Shown piece after piece: positions 9,271 through 19,979 of a stretch of 64,000 nucleotides of DNA. The DNA comes from Rhodobacterales bacterium 56_14_T64 (GTDB lineage: Bacteria > Pseudomonadota > Alphaproteobacteria > Rhodobacterales > Rhodobacteraceae). How positions within the stretch are numbered: the first letter of the stretch is position 1; each line of letters starts with the position of its first letter. A program made the position numbers and the translations under genes. The notes under the pieces were generated by a model. That model did not search any database. It worked only from the letters and a program-made list of their open reading frames with translations, and was not told the origin of the DNA. The stretch spans positions 15,480-79,479 of the forward strand of contig MAAY01000082.1 of NCBI GenBank assembly GCA_002162795.1, read 5' to 3'.

Positions 9271-10224
9271 TTACAGGACCACCACCATATAGGCCAGATA
9301 CAGGCCGGTCAGAACAAAGCCCCAGTTCCGGGTGATGTCCTGTTTGAGAAACACAAAGGGCACCAGTAACAACGAGGCCCCCAGCATCACCCAGAGGTCG
9401 AAGGTCAGAAAGGTAGATTTGACCGGGATCGGACCAATAAAGGTGGCAACACCGACGATAGCCAACAGGTTGAACATGTTGGAGCCGATAACATTGCCCA
9501 GTGCCACGTCAGCCTGACGGCGCAGCGCCGCCATTACAGTGGTGGCCAACTCGGGCAATGAGGTGCCGATGGCAATCAGCGTCAGGCCGATCACGCGCTC
9601 GCTAACGTCATAGGTGCGGGCGATCTCGGTGCCGTTGTCGACCAGAATGTCCGCACCCAATGGCAGACCGATCAGCCCCAGCAGCAAATACACACTGATG
9701 CGCCAGTAGGGCATATTGGGGTCTGCTTCGTCGATCTCTTCTAGGTCATCGCCACTGTCACATCCGCAACGGCGATGCGCGCGGGCCTCTAGGAACGCCG
9801 CCCCAAGCACCAGCGCCAGCGCCGCCAGCAGCACCACGCCCGACCAGACTGTGAATACACCGCAAAAGGCCAATGCGATAAACAACACCGTAGCGGCCAG
9901 CATAAAAACATAGTTCTTGCGGGTGTCACATTCACTGGTGTGCAATCCGGTAAGGATTGCTGGGATACCAAGAACCAACAGGATATTGGCGGTATTGGAC
10001 CCCACCACATTGCCCAACGCAATACTCGGGGCGTGTTCTGCAACCGCCTGAATGGCGATCAGTAACTCCGGGGCCGAAGTGCCAAAGGCAACAATGGTCA
10101 GGCTGACAATCAATGCCGGCACACCCAACCGCAGGCTGAGGTTTACAGCACCGCGCACCAGCACATCCCCTGCCAGCAGCAGGATCACCAGACCCAAGCC
10201 CAATAACAGCCATGGCATCATCAT
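9271..10224 (-). CDS. calcium/sodium (CaCA, YrbG-type) antiporter
   Basis: 317-aa polytopic protein with two alpha-repeat motifs ('AFGTSAPELL', 'AIGTSLPELAT'). Confidence 0.85.
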   Translation of the reverse strand: MMMPWLLLGLGLVILLLAGDVLVRGAVNLSLRLGVPALIVSLTIVAFGTSAPELLIAIQAVAEHAPSIALGNVVGSNTANILLVLGIPAILTGLHTSECDTRKNYVFMLAATVLFIALAFCGVFTVWSGVVLLAALALVLGAAFLEARAHRRCGCDSGDDLEEIDEADPNMPYWRISVYLLLGLIGLPLGADILVDNGTEIARTYDVSERVIGLTLIAIGTSLPELATTVMAALRRQADVALGNVIGSNMFNLLAIVGVATFIGPIPVKSTFLTFDLWVMLGASLLLVPFVFLKQDITRNWGFVLTGLYLAYMVVVL

Positions 10225-10391
10225 CCGCGCCGTCCTTTTTCACAGGCACAGGGGCCTTTACCAATCCTGAAACGGCCGCATTTTTGGCAGCGCGCTGATT
10301 TGAGCCGTTTTTGACCCGGGAACCGCAGTTTGCCGAACATCGCCAGCACCGCCATTCCCACCAGAAACAGAGAAACTATTTTGAAGATCAT
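10221..10391 (-). CDS. small membrane-anchored Cys-rich protein
   Basis: 56 aa from ATG 10391 (MIFKIVSLFLVGMAVLAMFGKLRF...CQKCGRFRIGKGPCACEKGRRG). It starts 1 nt after the S49 peptidase stop, and its own stop overlaps the antiporter start. Confidence 0.45.
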   Translation of the reverse strand: MIFKIVSLFLVGMAVLAMFGKLRFPGQKRLKSARCQKCGRFRIGKGPCACEKGRRG

Positions 10392-10392
10392 T

Positions 10393-11190
10393 TCACAGCC
10401 CAAAGCGCGCAAAAGCGGCGCGCTCCTCGATGCTGCCTAGGGCCTCTTGTGCCATCGACACACCAAACCGGCTGAGCAGTGGTTTTTTCATGCCATAGCG
10501 GCGAAAACGGACCTTTTCGCCGAACCGTTCCTGCATTTTGGGTTTGAGATGGGCGATGCCTTCGATCAAGCCCAATTCGGTGGCACGACGCGCCAGCCAG
10601 ATCTCGCCGGTGAACAGGTTCTGCTCTTCGCTCAGCTTGCCCTCGCGCCGGGTGGTTATGTGGTCGATGAAATTCTGATGGATGTCGCCAAGCAGCGTCT
10701 TCAGCCGCGCCACGTCCTCGGCATTCTCAGGGCGAAACGGGTCCAGCATCGATTTGCTTTCACCAGCCGTATAGACACGTCGTTCAACACCCTGCCGGGC
10801 AAGAAACTCATGCGCGCCAAACCCGGCCGAGATCACCCCGATTGATCCCACAACCGAACTGTCGTCCGCCCAGATCTCATCCGCAGCGGCAGCTAGCCAG
10901 TAACCGCCTGAAGCCGCAACATCCTCGACAAAGGCATAGACCGGCACCTTGTGCTCAGCTGCCAGGCGACGGATACGAGCGCCGATCAGCGAGCTCTGCA
11001 CTGGCGATCCGCCCGGAGAATTGATCTCCAGAGCCACCGCAGCGGGTTTGCCCTTGCGAAAAGCGCGGTCCAGAACGGGGGCCAGCGCGGCGTCACTCAA
11101 CGCGCCCCGGCCGGGCATTCCAATGGCGCCAGCTAGGCGCACAACGGCGACCAATGGCGGTTTTTTCAAAAAGGGAAGGCGTAAGGTCAT
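10393..11190 (-). CDS. S49-family (SppA-like) serine peptidase
   Basis: 265 aa with 'EINSPGGSPVQS' and 'DVAASGGYWLAAAADEI', characteristic of signal peptide peptidase A-type proteins. Confidence 0.85.
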   Translation of the reverse strand: MTLRLPFLKKPPLVAVVRLAGAIGMPGRGALSDAALAPVLDRAFRKGKPAAVALEINSPGGSPVQSSLIGARIRRLAAEHKVPVYAFVEDVAASGGYWLAAAADEIWADDSSVVGSIGVISAGFGAHEFLARQGVERRVYTAGESKSMLDPFRPENAEDVARLKTLLGDIHQNFIDHITTRREGKLSEEQNLFTGEIWLARRATELGLIEGIAHLKPKMQERFGEKVRFRRYGMKKPLLSRFGVSMAQEALGSIEERAAFARFGL

Positions 11191-11352
11191 CTACGCCGAT
11201 GTAGATCGCCGCATCGCCCGAAACAAGGCGGGGACCGAACAGGAAACGTCGCGGAATGAAAAAACAACAGCTGAGTGGGCAATTATGCAACGGATCAGCG
11301 TGCAGCTTTACAAACGGTTAACACCGGCAACAACCTGCCACTTCACGGAGAG

Positions 11353-11364
11353 CTCCCGCCCGTC
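11353..11364 (+). repeat. CTCCCGCCCGTC 12-mer (left arm of long-range inverted repeat)
   Basis: Perfect reverse complement of 11631-11642. The flanking bases also partly pair (ACGG...CCGT). Confidence 0.6.
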
Positions 11365-11570
11365 TCGGGGCATCCTGCGGATACCCTTCGCCGGTTGGGC
11401 ATGGCACGCTGACGCGTGCAGTAACGCCCACCCGACCCATTCCGCACCAAGGCATGCGGTAGCATCAGCACAAATGCACGGTGTTCTCTACAAGCTGAGT
11501 TGCCAGGCAAACCCTGAAACAAACGCCGTGCTCCTGTTTGCCAAAAGCACCTACCAGCTGTCTCTGGCCC

Positions 11571-11642
11571 GCGCCGCGCGCCAGCGCGGCGCCACGCCCA
11601 ACGGGAGCAGTGCATCGCAGATGCGCAAGTGACGGGCGGGAG
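11571..11642 (-). repeat. CTCCCGCCCGTC-family module, copy B
   Basis: On the minus strand after the ABC-2 permease TAA: CTCCCGCCCGTC (11642-11631), hairpin GCATC-GCA-GATGC (11612-11624), CTCCCGTTGGGC (11607-11596), GC hairpin GCGCCGCGC-GCCA-GCGCGGCGC (11571-11592). Confidence 0.6.
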
Positions 11643-11649
11643 AGCCCCG

Positions 11650-12411
11650 TTATGAGCGGATGCGCCAGCCGGTTTTGAAAATCCACCAAATCACCGCTAG
11701 ACACAATGTGGTGAAGCCACCAATTGCCAGCAGACTCAACCCGACAGGGACGTCTGCAGTGTCAAAAAACGCCCAGCGGAACCCCGAGATCAGATAGACC
11801 ACTGGGTTGAACAGGGTGATTTTCTGCCAAATCGGCGGCAGCATTGAGATCGAGTAGAACGATCCGCCCAAAAACACCAGCGGCGTCACAATCATCAGCG
11901 GCACCAGTTGCAGTTGTTCGAAGTTGCCAGCCCAGATGCCAATGATGAACCCCAGCAACGCAAAGCTGAGACAGGTGAGCAGCAAGAACAATACCATCGC
12001 AAAGGGGTGCGCAATGGTCAGGTCGACAAACAGCGAGGCCGTGGCAAGGATCACCACACCAATGAACAGCGCCTTAGTGGCGGCCGCACCGACATAGCCC
12101 AACACTATCTCCAGAAAATTGATCGGCGCCGATAGCAATTCGTAGATCGTGCCAATAAATTTGGGGAAATAGATCCCGAAAGAGGCGTTGGAAATCGCCT
12201 GCGTCATGACGCTCAGCATGATCAGGCCAGGCACGATGAAGGCACCATAGTCAATGCCTTCGACCTGATCGATGCGGCTGCCAATGGCAGCGCCAAAGAC
12301 CACAAAATACAGCGAGGTCGACATCACAGGTGACAGGAAACTCTGCGTCAGAGTGCGAAAGAACCGGGCCATTTCAAACCGGTAGATCGAGGCAACAGCA
12401 GTCCAGTTCAT
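11650..12411 (-). CDS. ABC-2 type transporter permease
   Basis: 253 aa with about 6 TM helices. Its start overlaps the stop of the upstream ATPase gene. Confidence 0.85.
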   Translation of the reverse strand: MNWTAVASIYRFEMARFFRTLTQSFLSPVMSTSLYFVVFGAAIGSRIDQVEGIDYGAFIVPGLIMLSVMTQAISNASFGIYFPKFIGTIYELLSAPINFLEIVLGYVGAAATKALFIGVVILATASLFVDLTIAHPFAMVLFLLLTCLSFALLGFIIGIWAGNFEQLQLVPLMIVTPLVFLGGSFYSISMLPPIWQKITLFNPVVYLISGFRWAFFDTADVPVGLSLLAIGGFTTLCLAVIWWIFKTGWRIRS

Positions 12412-13337
12412 GACGCGTCTCCGGATACGAGGTCAACAAAAATATCTTCCAGACTGGATTGACGGGTCTGCACATCAGCCAGCACCAGTCCGGCCTGCGC
12501 CACGTCATTCAGCAGCGCAGTAATGCCAGTGCGTTCGCCACGCGTATCGTAGGTATAGATCAGCGCATCGCCGCCATTCACCAGCTGCAGATCGTGATGC
12601 GCCAGCGCGTCCGGCAGCACCGCAACGGGTGTTGTCAGCTGCACTTCCAGCTGTTTCTTTCCCATGCGGGTCATCAGCTGGTCCTTTTGCTCGACTAGCA
12701 GTAGCTGGCCATCAGCAATCACGCCAACCCGGTCGGCAATGCTCTCGGCTTCTTCGATGTAATGGGTGGTAAGAATAATGGTAACCCCCGAGGCTTTGAG
12801 CTCAGCCACGATGTTCCACATGTCCTTGCGCAGTTCTACATCGACGCCGGCAGTGGGCTCGTCCAGAAACAGAACCCGTGGTTCATGGCTCAGGGCCTTG
12901 GCGATCAGCACCCGACGCTTCATGCCGCCAGACAGTTCCATGATCTTATTGTTGCGCTTGTCCCAAAGCGACAGCTTGCGCAGGATATCCTCGAGTAGTG
13001 CGTCGTTGCGCGACTTGCCAAACAACCCGCGTGAGAACCGCACTGTGTTCCACACCGTCTCAAACGGTTCCAGATTGATTTCCTGTGGCACCAGCCCGAT
13101 CAAGGACCGCGCGGCGCGAAAATCCTCGATAATGTCGTGACCGCCAACAGTCACCGTGCCCGAAGTTGGCGTGATGATACCGCAGACGGTAGAGATCAGC
13201 GTCGTCTTGCCTGCACCATTGGGCCCAAGCAGCGCCAGGATTTCACCTTCTTCGATGTCGAGGTTGACGCCTTTCAGCGCCTCAAACGCATTTGCGTAGG
13301 ATTTCCGCAAATCGCGAATGGAGAGGATAGCAGGCAT
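12408..13337 (-). CDS. ABC transporter ATP-binding protein
   Basis: Walker A 'GPNGAGKTT', signature 'LSGGMKRR', Walker B 'LFLDEPT'. Confidence 0.9.
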   Translation of the reverse strand: MPAILSIRDLRKSYANAFEALKGVNLDIEEGEILALLGPNGAGKTTLISTVCGIITPTSGTVTVGGHDIIEDFRAARSLIGLVPQEINLEPFETVWNTVRFSRGLFGKSRNDALLEDILRKLSLWDKRNNKIMELSGGMKRRVLIAKALSHEPRVLFLDEPTAGVDVELRKDMWNIVAELKASGVTIILTTHYIEEAESIADRVGVIADGQLLLVEQKDQLMTRMGKKQLEVQLTTPVAVLPDALAHHDLQLVNGGDALIYTYDTRGERTGITALLNDVAQAGLVLADVQTRQSSLEDIFVDLVSGDAS

Positions 13338-13451
13338 GACGTTCCCGTTCTGAACCGTTCAGTTTGGAACAAGGTAATCACTGGAGGCACCAGCCACCAG
13401 AGGGTCACGCCACAAAAATGAAGCGCAAGTAGGTGTGCATCTGTGCAGGGA

Positions 13452-13973
13452 TTAGCTTCGGCCGGTAATTTTCTTTAGCCAGCCGGTCTTTTCCTCGACC
13501 TCAGTGGCTGTGTCACTCTCGCCCTCATCTTCAACTGGGGCCAAAGCCTGCTGCAGATTGGTAAAGAACTGATCCGCCATCTTTTTTGCAAAGCCATCAA
13601 TCAACCGGCTGCCCAATTGCGCCAACTTCCCACCTACCCTGGCCTCGACATCATAAGCCAGCAGAGTGCCGGTCTCGCTTGCCGTCAGGGTCACCACCGC
13701 ACCGCCTTTGGCAAAGCCAGCCGCGCCGCCCTTGCCCTCACCAGCGATGGTCAGCTTTTCGTTCTCGACCAGATCCGACAGGGTCACCTTACCTTTGAAA
13801 GTCGCTTTGACCGGGCCCACTTTTTGCGTCACCGTCGCCTCGAACCCGTCTTCGGCAGAGCCGGTTACCTCTTTGGCACCGGGCACGCAGGCCATCAGCA
13901 TCTCGGGGCTGAGCAGCGCCGCATAGACGGTGGCCGGATCGGCGGCGATCTCTTTTTGGTCACTCATCTGCAT
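13452..13973 (-). CDS. CoxG-like SRPBCC-fold protein
   Basis: 173 aa. The 'ATVTQKVGPVKATFKGKVTLSD...GEGKGGAAGFAKGG' pattern is typical of carbon monoxide dehydrogenase subunit G family proteins. Confidence 0.78.
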   Translation of the reverse strand: MQMSDQKEIAADPATVYAALLSPEMLMACVPGAKEVTGSAEDGFEATVTQKVGPVKATFKGKVTLSDLVENEKLTIAGEGKGGAAGFAKGGAVVTLTASETGTLLAYDVEARVGGKLAQLGSRLIDGFAKKMADQFFTNLQQALAPVEDEGESDTATEVEEKTGWLKKITGRS

Positions 13974-14136
13974 GTCTGGCCCTCCCTAGTATCCGCAATG
14001 TCACCCACTCCTACTCTTGGAACTGCGCCGCTGCCAAGTCTCTTACGACCAATTGGCAATAGCGGCAGACGATGTCGCAACAATGCGCGCAAGCGCCGCC
14101 CACCGTGATAGCCATCGTCAAAAGAGGAGCGCAACC

Positions 14137-15117
14137 ATGAGCCAGGCCGTCACCGTTGAGTCCCGCAAAGGAATCCTGTTCATCCTGGCCGGGATGGCGG
14201 CGATCTCAGTGAATGATGTGCTGATTAAGCAGTTATCGGGCGGATATGCGCTGCATCAGATCGTTTTTACCCGCTCATCAATCGCTCTGATTTTCACTCT
14301 GGTTCTGGTGCAGCTCGAAGGCGGTTTCTCGATTCTCAAAACCCAGAATCCGGTTCTTCACGGCCTTCGAGGGCTGATGCTGGTGATTTCAAACATGTCG
14401 TTTTTTGTCGCCCTGTCGGTGATGCCACTGGCCAATGTCACCGCGCTGTTCTTTGCCGCGCCGCTATTTATCACGCTGCTGTCGATCCCAGTGCTGGGAG
14501 AGAAGGTCGGTGTGATGCGAATGGGCGCGGTGGTGGTTGGCTTTGTCGGCGTTATCATCATGCAGCGCCCCTGGGAGGGCAGCGACAGCGCCGACGTCGA
14601 TCGCATTGTGCTGCTAATGCCTGTGCTGGCGGCCCTCACCTATGCACTGAACCAAGTGTTCACCCGCAAGCTGGGCGCCACCACCAAGGCCTCGGCGCTG
14701 GCAGTCTACGTGCAGGGTGTGTTCCTTCTGGTATCAATGGGTTTTTACCTGGTGGCCGGCGATGGGTATTATGCCCAAGGCGTGACTGATCCATCGCTGC
14801 AGTTCCTGCTGCGGGCCTGGCATTGGCCGTCCAGTAGTGACTGGTATTTGCTGCTCGGGCTGGGCTTTAACGCGGCCATCATCGGCTATTGTCTAAGCCA
14901 GGCCTATAGACTGGCAGACGCTGCTACGGTGGCCCCATTTGAATATATCGGGTTGCCACTGGCGGTGCTGTGGGGCTGGCTGATCTGGGCAGATCTGCCC
15001 GAATGGGAGGTTTGGCTGGGCATGGTGCTGATCATGGGGGCTGGATTGTTTGTGTTCCTGCGCGAACAGCAAAAGGCACGCAGGATTGCCCGCACCGGCG
15101 CCCGCGGCCGGTATTAA
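14137..15117 (+). CDS. DMT-superfamily (EamA-type) transporter
   Basis: Ten-TM-like profile with two EamA halves. ATG 14137 is preceded by AGAGGAG (14123-14129); the track start at 14017 adds a non-membrane leader. Confidence 0.83.
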   Translation: MSQAVTVESRKGILFILAGMAAISVNDVLIKQLSGGYALHQIVFTRSSIALIFTLVLVQLEGGFSILKTQNPVLHGLRGLMLVISNMSFFVALSVMPLANVTALFFAAPLFITLLSIPVLGEKVGVMRMGAVVVGFVGVIIMQRPWEGSDSADVDRIVLLMPVLAALTYALNQVFTRKLGATTKASALAVYVQGVFLLVSMGFYLVAGDGYYAQGVTDPSLQFLLRAWHWPSSSDWYLLLGLGFNAAIIGYCLSQAYRLADAATVAPFEYIGLPLAVLWGWLIWADLPEWEVWLGMVLIMGAGLFVFLREQQKARRIARTGARGRY

Positions 15118-15165
15118 GTCATAAGGGCGACAGCCTTCAGCACACTGTACAATTTCTGCTCGACG

Positions 15166-15248
15166 CTCTCCCGCGCCCGCTTTGTCCATCGGCTGACGCC
15201 GCTGACCTTCGCAGCCTTGGGCCCGGAGGCCGATGACGGGCGGGAGTA
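15166..15248. repeat. CTCCCGCCCGTC-family long imperfect hairpin between convergent genes
   Basis: CTCCCGCGCCCGC (15168-15180) and CATCGGC (15187-15193) pair with GCCGATG (15229-15235) and GACGGGCGGGAG (15235-15246). Lies between the DMT stop (15117) and the pobA stop (15268). Confidence 0.5.
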
Positions 15249-15267
15249 CTTGGTTAGTTGTGCGACG

Positions 15268-16476
<1,209 letters not shown>

Positions 16477-16542
16477 TTAATATGACCCGCATTTACAGCT
16501 TTGCGAATGGACCAAGCGCGCAAGTTCTTGTACATTTCGCAC

Positions 16543-17400
16543 ATGACGACACAGAGCCATATCCAAAGCTACAGCCTGTTTGGCGAGACCTCGGAATTGG
16601 TCGATGCTCTGCATGTAGAGAGTATCCAGTCGCGCTCGCAAAAGCACAATTGGGAGCTGAAGCCGCACCGGCACGCCAGATTACATCAGGTTCTTTTCAT
16701 CACCGGTGGCGGCGGCGCAGCTGATTTGGATGGGCGCAATCTTGCGCTGCCGCCGCCCTGCATCGTCAACGTGCCGCGCGGCGTTGTACATGGGTTTATC
16801 TTTGATCCGGGCACTGCAGGCTGGGTCATCAGCCTGACCTCGGATCTGGTGGATCATTGCCTGGCCACCAGCGAAGGCCTGCGTGTTCCGGTGGAATTCC
16901 CATGTATTCTGACCATGCCACCCGATTTGCGCGTCCTGGCAGAACGCATCCACGTCGAGTATCACAGCCAGGGCTTTGCTCGGGCCCAGGTATTGCGCGG
17001 GCTGGCGATGGTGCTGACAGCGCTAGTGGCACGGTCCATCCAACAAACGCAGGGCATCGGCGTGAGCAATCGCAGCAATCCGGTGTTCACTCGCTTTCAG
17101 GCGCTGGTGGAGCGCGATTTCCGATTGCGTCGATCGCTGGCTGACTACGCCGGTGAACTGGCTGTTTCACCCACCCATCTAAACCGAATTGTACATCAGG
17201 CCACCGGACACCCTGCCTCGCAACTGGTCAATGACCGGGTGCTGCGCGAGGCGCGGCGGTTGCTGATCTACACCAACCTGACTGCCGCGGGCATTGCTTA
17301 TGAGCTAGGGTTCGGCGACCCTGCTCATTTCAGCCGCGTGTTCACTAAAGGTACCGGAGTGCCCCCACGGGTGTTTCGCAAGCGGCTAGAGCAGGCTTAG
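16543..17400 (+). CDS. pobR: AraC-family transcriptional regulator (PobR-type, divergent from pobA)
   Basis: N-terminal cupin-like domain and C-terminal AraC HTH ('LAVSPTHLNRIV...LGFGDPAHFSRVF'). ATG 16543. Confidence 0.75.
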   Translation: MTTQSHIQSYSLFGETSELVDALHVESIQSRSQKHNWELKPHRHARLHQVLFITGGGGAADLDGRNLALPPPCIVNVPRGVVHGFIFDPGTAGWVISLTSDLVDHCLATSEGLRVPVEFPCILTMPPDLRVLAERIHVEYHSQGFARAQVLRGLAMVLTALVARSIQQTQGIGVSNRSNPVFTRFQALVERDFRLRRSLADYAGELAVSPTHLNRIVHQATGHPASQLVNDRVLREARRLLIYTNLTAAGIAYELGFGDPAHFSRVFTKGTGVPPRVFRKRLEQA

Positions 17401-17535
17401 TAAACGGTTCATGGCTGGCCTGCACAGTGAATTACGCGCGGTAACTATGGCCGGGTCGCCGACGATGCTTGACAGTTTCGGCAAGTAGCAGCCCCGTAGG
17501 GCGCAAGATTATCGGCTGACAAAGGAAACCTGTGC

Positions 17536-18720
17536 ATGACCAAAAACGTAATTATCGCCGGGGTCGGCATGACCAAATTTGTCAAGCCGGGCCAGAACGA
17601 TCCCTACCCGCAGATGGGGGCCGCTGCCATTCGGGATGCGCTGGCGGATGCCGGGATCAGCTATGACGCGGTGCAACAGGCCTATGCGGGCTATACCTAT
17701 GGCGATAGCACCTGCGGACAGACGGTCATTTATCAGGTCGGTATGACCGGCATTCCAGTCATCAACGTCAACAACAATTGCTCAACCGGCTCCACCGCGC
17801 TGTTTCTCGCGCGCCAAGCGGTGGCTTCGGGCACTGTGGATGTGGCGCTGGCGCTGGGGTTTGAACAGATGCAGCCCGGCGCATTGGGATCGCACTGGGA
17901 CGACCGGCCCAGCCCGTTCGACGCCTTTGACGCTGAAACCGATGCACTGGTGGGTCATCCTGAAATACCAGTGGCGTTGCGCTACTTCGGAGGCGCCGGC
18001 AAGGCGCATATGGAGAAATACGGCTCAACCATGACTGATCTGGCCCGAATCCGCGCCAAAGCCAGCCGACATGCTGGCAACAACCCTCTCGCCCTGTTTC
18101 GCAATGAGCTCACCCCTGAGGACGTGCTGGCCGCCCCAATGATCTGGGAAGGCGTGATGACCCGCCTGATGGCCTGCCCGCCCACGTGTGGGGCCGCCGC
18201 CGCAATTGTGGTCAGCGAAAGCTATGCCAAGAAACACGGGTTAGACAGCACCGTGCAAATCATAGGACAGGCGATGACGACTGACACCACCAGCACGTTT
18301 GACAGTCACGACATGATGCGCGTGGTGGGGTATGACATGACGGCCGCCGCCGCCGCACAGGTCTATGAACAGACCGGCGTCGGGGCTGACGATCTGGATG
18401 TGGTCGAGCTGCACGACTGTTTTGCCCACAATGAGATGATCACCTACGAAGGCCTGGGCCTCTGCCCCGAAGGTGGTGCAAGCCGGTTCATCGCGGATGG
18501 CGACAACAGTTATGGCGGCAAATACGTTACCAACCCGTCGGGCGGGCTGCTGTCCAAGGGGCACCCGCTAGGCGCGACCGGTCTGGCGCAGTGTTACGAG
18601 CTGACACGGCAATTGCGCGGCACGGCAGAAGCCACCCAAGTTGAGGGCGCTCGCACTGCGCTGCAACACAATCTCGGCCTCGGCGGCGCCTGCGTCGTCA
18701 CTATGTATCAGGCATGCTGA
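17536..18720 (+). CDS. SCP-x-type thiolase / lipid-transfer protein
   Basis: 394 aa with a thiolase fold and 'NVNNNCSTGSTALFLA' (active-site Cys region of SCP2-thiolases). Confidence 0.8.
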   Translation: MTKNVIIAGVGMTKFVKPGQNDPYPQMGAAAIRDALADAGISYDAVQQAYAGYTYGDSTCGQTVIYQVGMTGIPVINVNNNCSTGSTALFLARQAVASGTVDVALALGFEQMQPGALGSHWDDRPSPFDAFDAETDALVGHPEIPVALRYFGGAGKAHMEKYGSTMTDLARIRAKASRHAGNNPLALFRNELTPEDVLAAPMIWEGVMTRLMACPPTCGAAAAIVVSESYAKKHGLDSTVQIIGQAMTTDTTSTFDSHDMMRVVGYDMTAAAAAQVYEQTGVGADDLDVVELHDCFAHNEMITYEGLGLCPEGGASRFIADGDNSYGGKYVTNPSGGLLSKGHPLGATGLAQCYELTRQLRGTAEATQVEGARTALQHNLGLGGACVVTMYQAC

Positions 18721-19802
18721 ACGGTACTCGCATTATCGAGGTCGAAGGGCTGGGCCCCGGCCCATTTGCCGCCATGCTGTTGTCTGACCTCGGCGCTGAC
18801 GTCATTTGTGTGCACCGCAAGGGCGGCACAGTAACACCGGGAATGCCCGAGCGCTCGATCCTGGATCGCGGCAAACGCTCGATCGAGCTGGATCTAAAAA
18901 ATCCCGGCGACGTACAAACTTTCAAGGCACTGGTAAAATCCGCAGACGGGCTGATCGAGGGCTTTCGCCCCGGGGTGATGGAGAAACTGGGGCTGGGCCC
19001 AGATATCTGCCAAGCGTTGAATCCAGCCCTGGTGTTTGGCCGCATGACTGGCTGGGGTCAGGACAGTGCATTGTCACATACTGCCGGTCATGATCTCAAT
19101 TACATCTCGCTGTCCGGCGCCCTGTGGTACAGTTCCGCCCCCGGTGATGTACCGCTGACGCCAGCAACATTGGTTGGTGATATTGGTGGCGGCGCGATGT
19201 ATCTGACGGTGGGCATGCTGGCGGCGATCCTGAAGGCAAGTTCCAGTGGCACCGGATGCGTGGTGGATGCCGCCATCTACGATGGCTCCGCGCATATGAT
19301 GAACCTGTTGCTAACCATGCGCCAGACCGGCAACTTTGGGGTCACCCGAGGGCAAAACCTGCTCGACGGACCGCATTGGAGCCGTACTTATCGCTGCAGT
19401 GACGGCGGCTTTATCTCGGTGCAATGTCTGGAGCCGAAGTTCTATGCCGAATTCCTGCGCCTGTTGGATTTGAGCGACGATGTCGGTTTTCAAAAGCAAT
19501 ATGATCGCGAAAGCTGGCCCACACTCACCGACCGCCTGACAGGTCTATTCGCTACACATTCGCGCGACCACTGGGCGGCGCTGTTTGACGGCAGCGATGC
19601 CTGCGTCGCGCCAGTGCTGAACCCCGAAGAGGCCATGGCGCATCCAATGAACAACCGGGGCACTTGGGTCGACGCACAGGGGGCGCTGCAAGCCGCGCCT
19701 GCACCACGGTTTTCAGGGCAGCCGGACTGGATCGCACCGCCCAGCCCGTCGCGCGGTCAGCACACGGCAGAAATTCTGGTGGAACTTCAGACCCCCAAGT
19801 AA
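18714..19802 (+). CDS. family III CoA-transferase (CaiB/BaiF), alpha-methylacyl-CoA racemase-like
   Basis: The 362-aa ORF begins 'GTRIIEVEGLGPGPFAAMLLSDLGADVI...'. 7-nt overlap with the thiolase gene. Confidence 0.8.
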   Translation: MLNGTRIIEVEGLGPGPFAAMLLSDLGADVICVHRKGGTVTPGMPERSILDRGKRSIELDLKNPGDVQTFKALVKSADGLIEGFRPGVMEKLGLGPDICQALNPALVFGRMTGWGQDSALSHTAGHDLNYISLSGALWYSSAPGDVPLTPATLVGDIGGGAMYLTVGMLAAILKASSSGTGCVVDAAIYDGSAHMMNLLLTMRQTGNFGVTRGQNLLDGPHWSRTYRCSDGGFISVQCLEPKFYAEFLRLLDLSDDVGFQKQYDRESWPTLTDRLTGLFATHSRDHWAALFDGSDACVAPVLNPEEAMAHPMNNRGTWVDAQGALQAAPAPRFSGQPDWIAPPSPSRGQHTAEILVELQTPK

Positions 19803-19811
19803 GCTAAGATC

Positions 19812-19979
19812 TCAGGCTTTTTTCTTGGCCGTCGCCGCCGCTTTCATTCGCTCCAGCAACTCCGCCTTGGTGGCATGCTTACCAAAGGGGTTTTTATCGG
19901 TTCCCTTAGCGTTGTGCTCTTTGTGCCGTGGCACGTTCTTGCCCCTTTTTTGGGGCCCACCTGTGTGTCCGAAATCCAT
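19812..19979 (-). CDS. small basic hypothetical protein (55 aa; below ORF-track cutoff)
   Basis: Hand-translated: MDFGHTGGPQKRGKNVPRHKEHNAKGTDKNPFGKHATKAELLERMKAAATAKKKA*. GAAAGGG lies 6 nt upstream of the ATG. An alternative in-frame ATG is at 19985. Confidence 0.45.
   Translation of the reverse strand: MDFGHTGGPQKRGKNVPRHKEHNAKGTDKNPFGKHATKAELLERMKAAATAKKKA

Noticed and set aside
10949-11632. 227-aa plus-strand ORF spanning the S49 gene start and the 459-nt gap
   Set aside because: Half of it is antisense to the S49 peptidase. The remainder crosses hairpin-rich repeat sequence. It has no RBS, and its composition is low-complexity and Arg/Ala/Ser-rich.
11191-11649. Possibility that the long gap encodes RNase P RNA, tmRNA or 6S RNA
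   Set aside because: I looked on both strands for GAGGAAAGUCC (RNase P CR-I), an alpha-type tag ORF (ANDN...) and a T-arm/CCA end (tmRNA). None is present. The span closed by the inverted repeat (~290 nt) is too short for type A RNase P and too long for 6S RNA.
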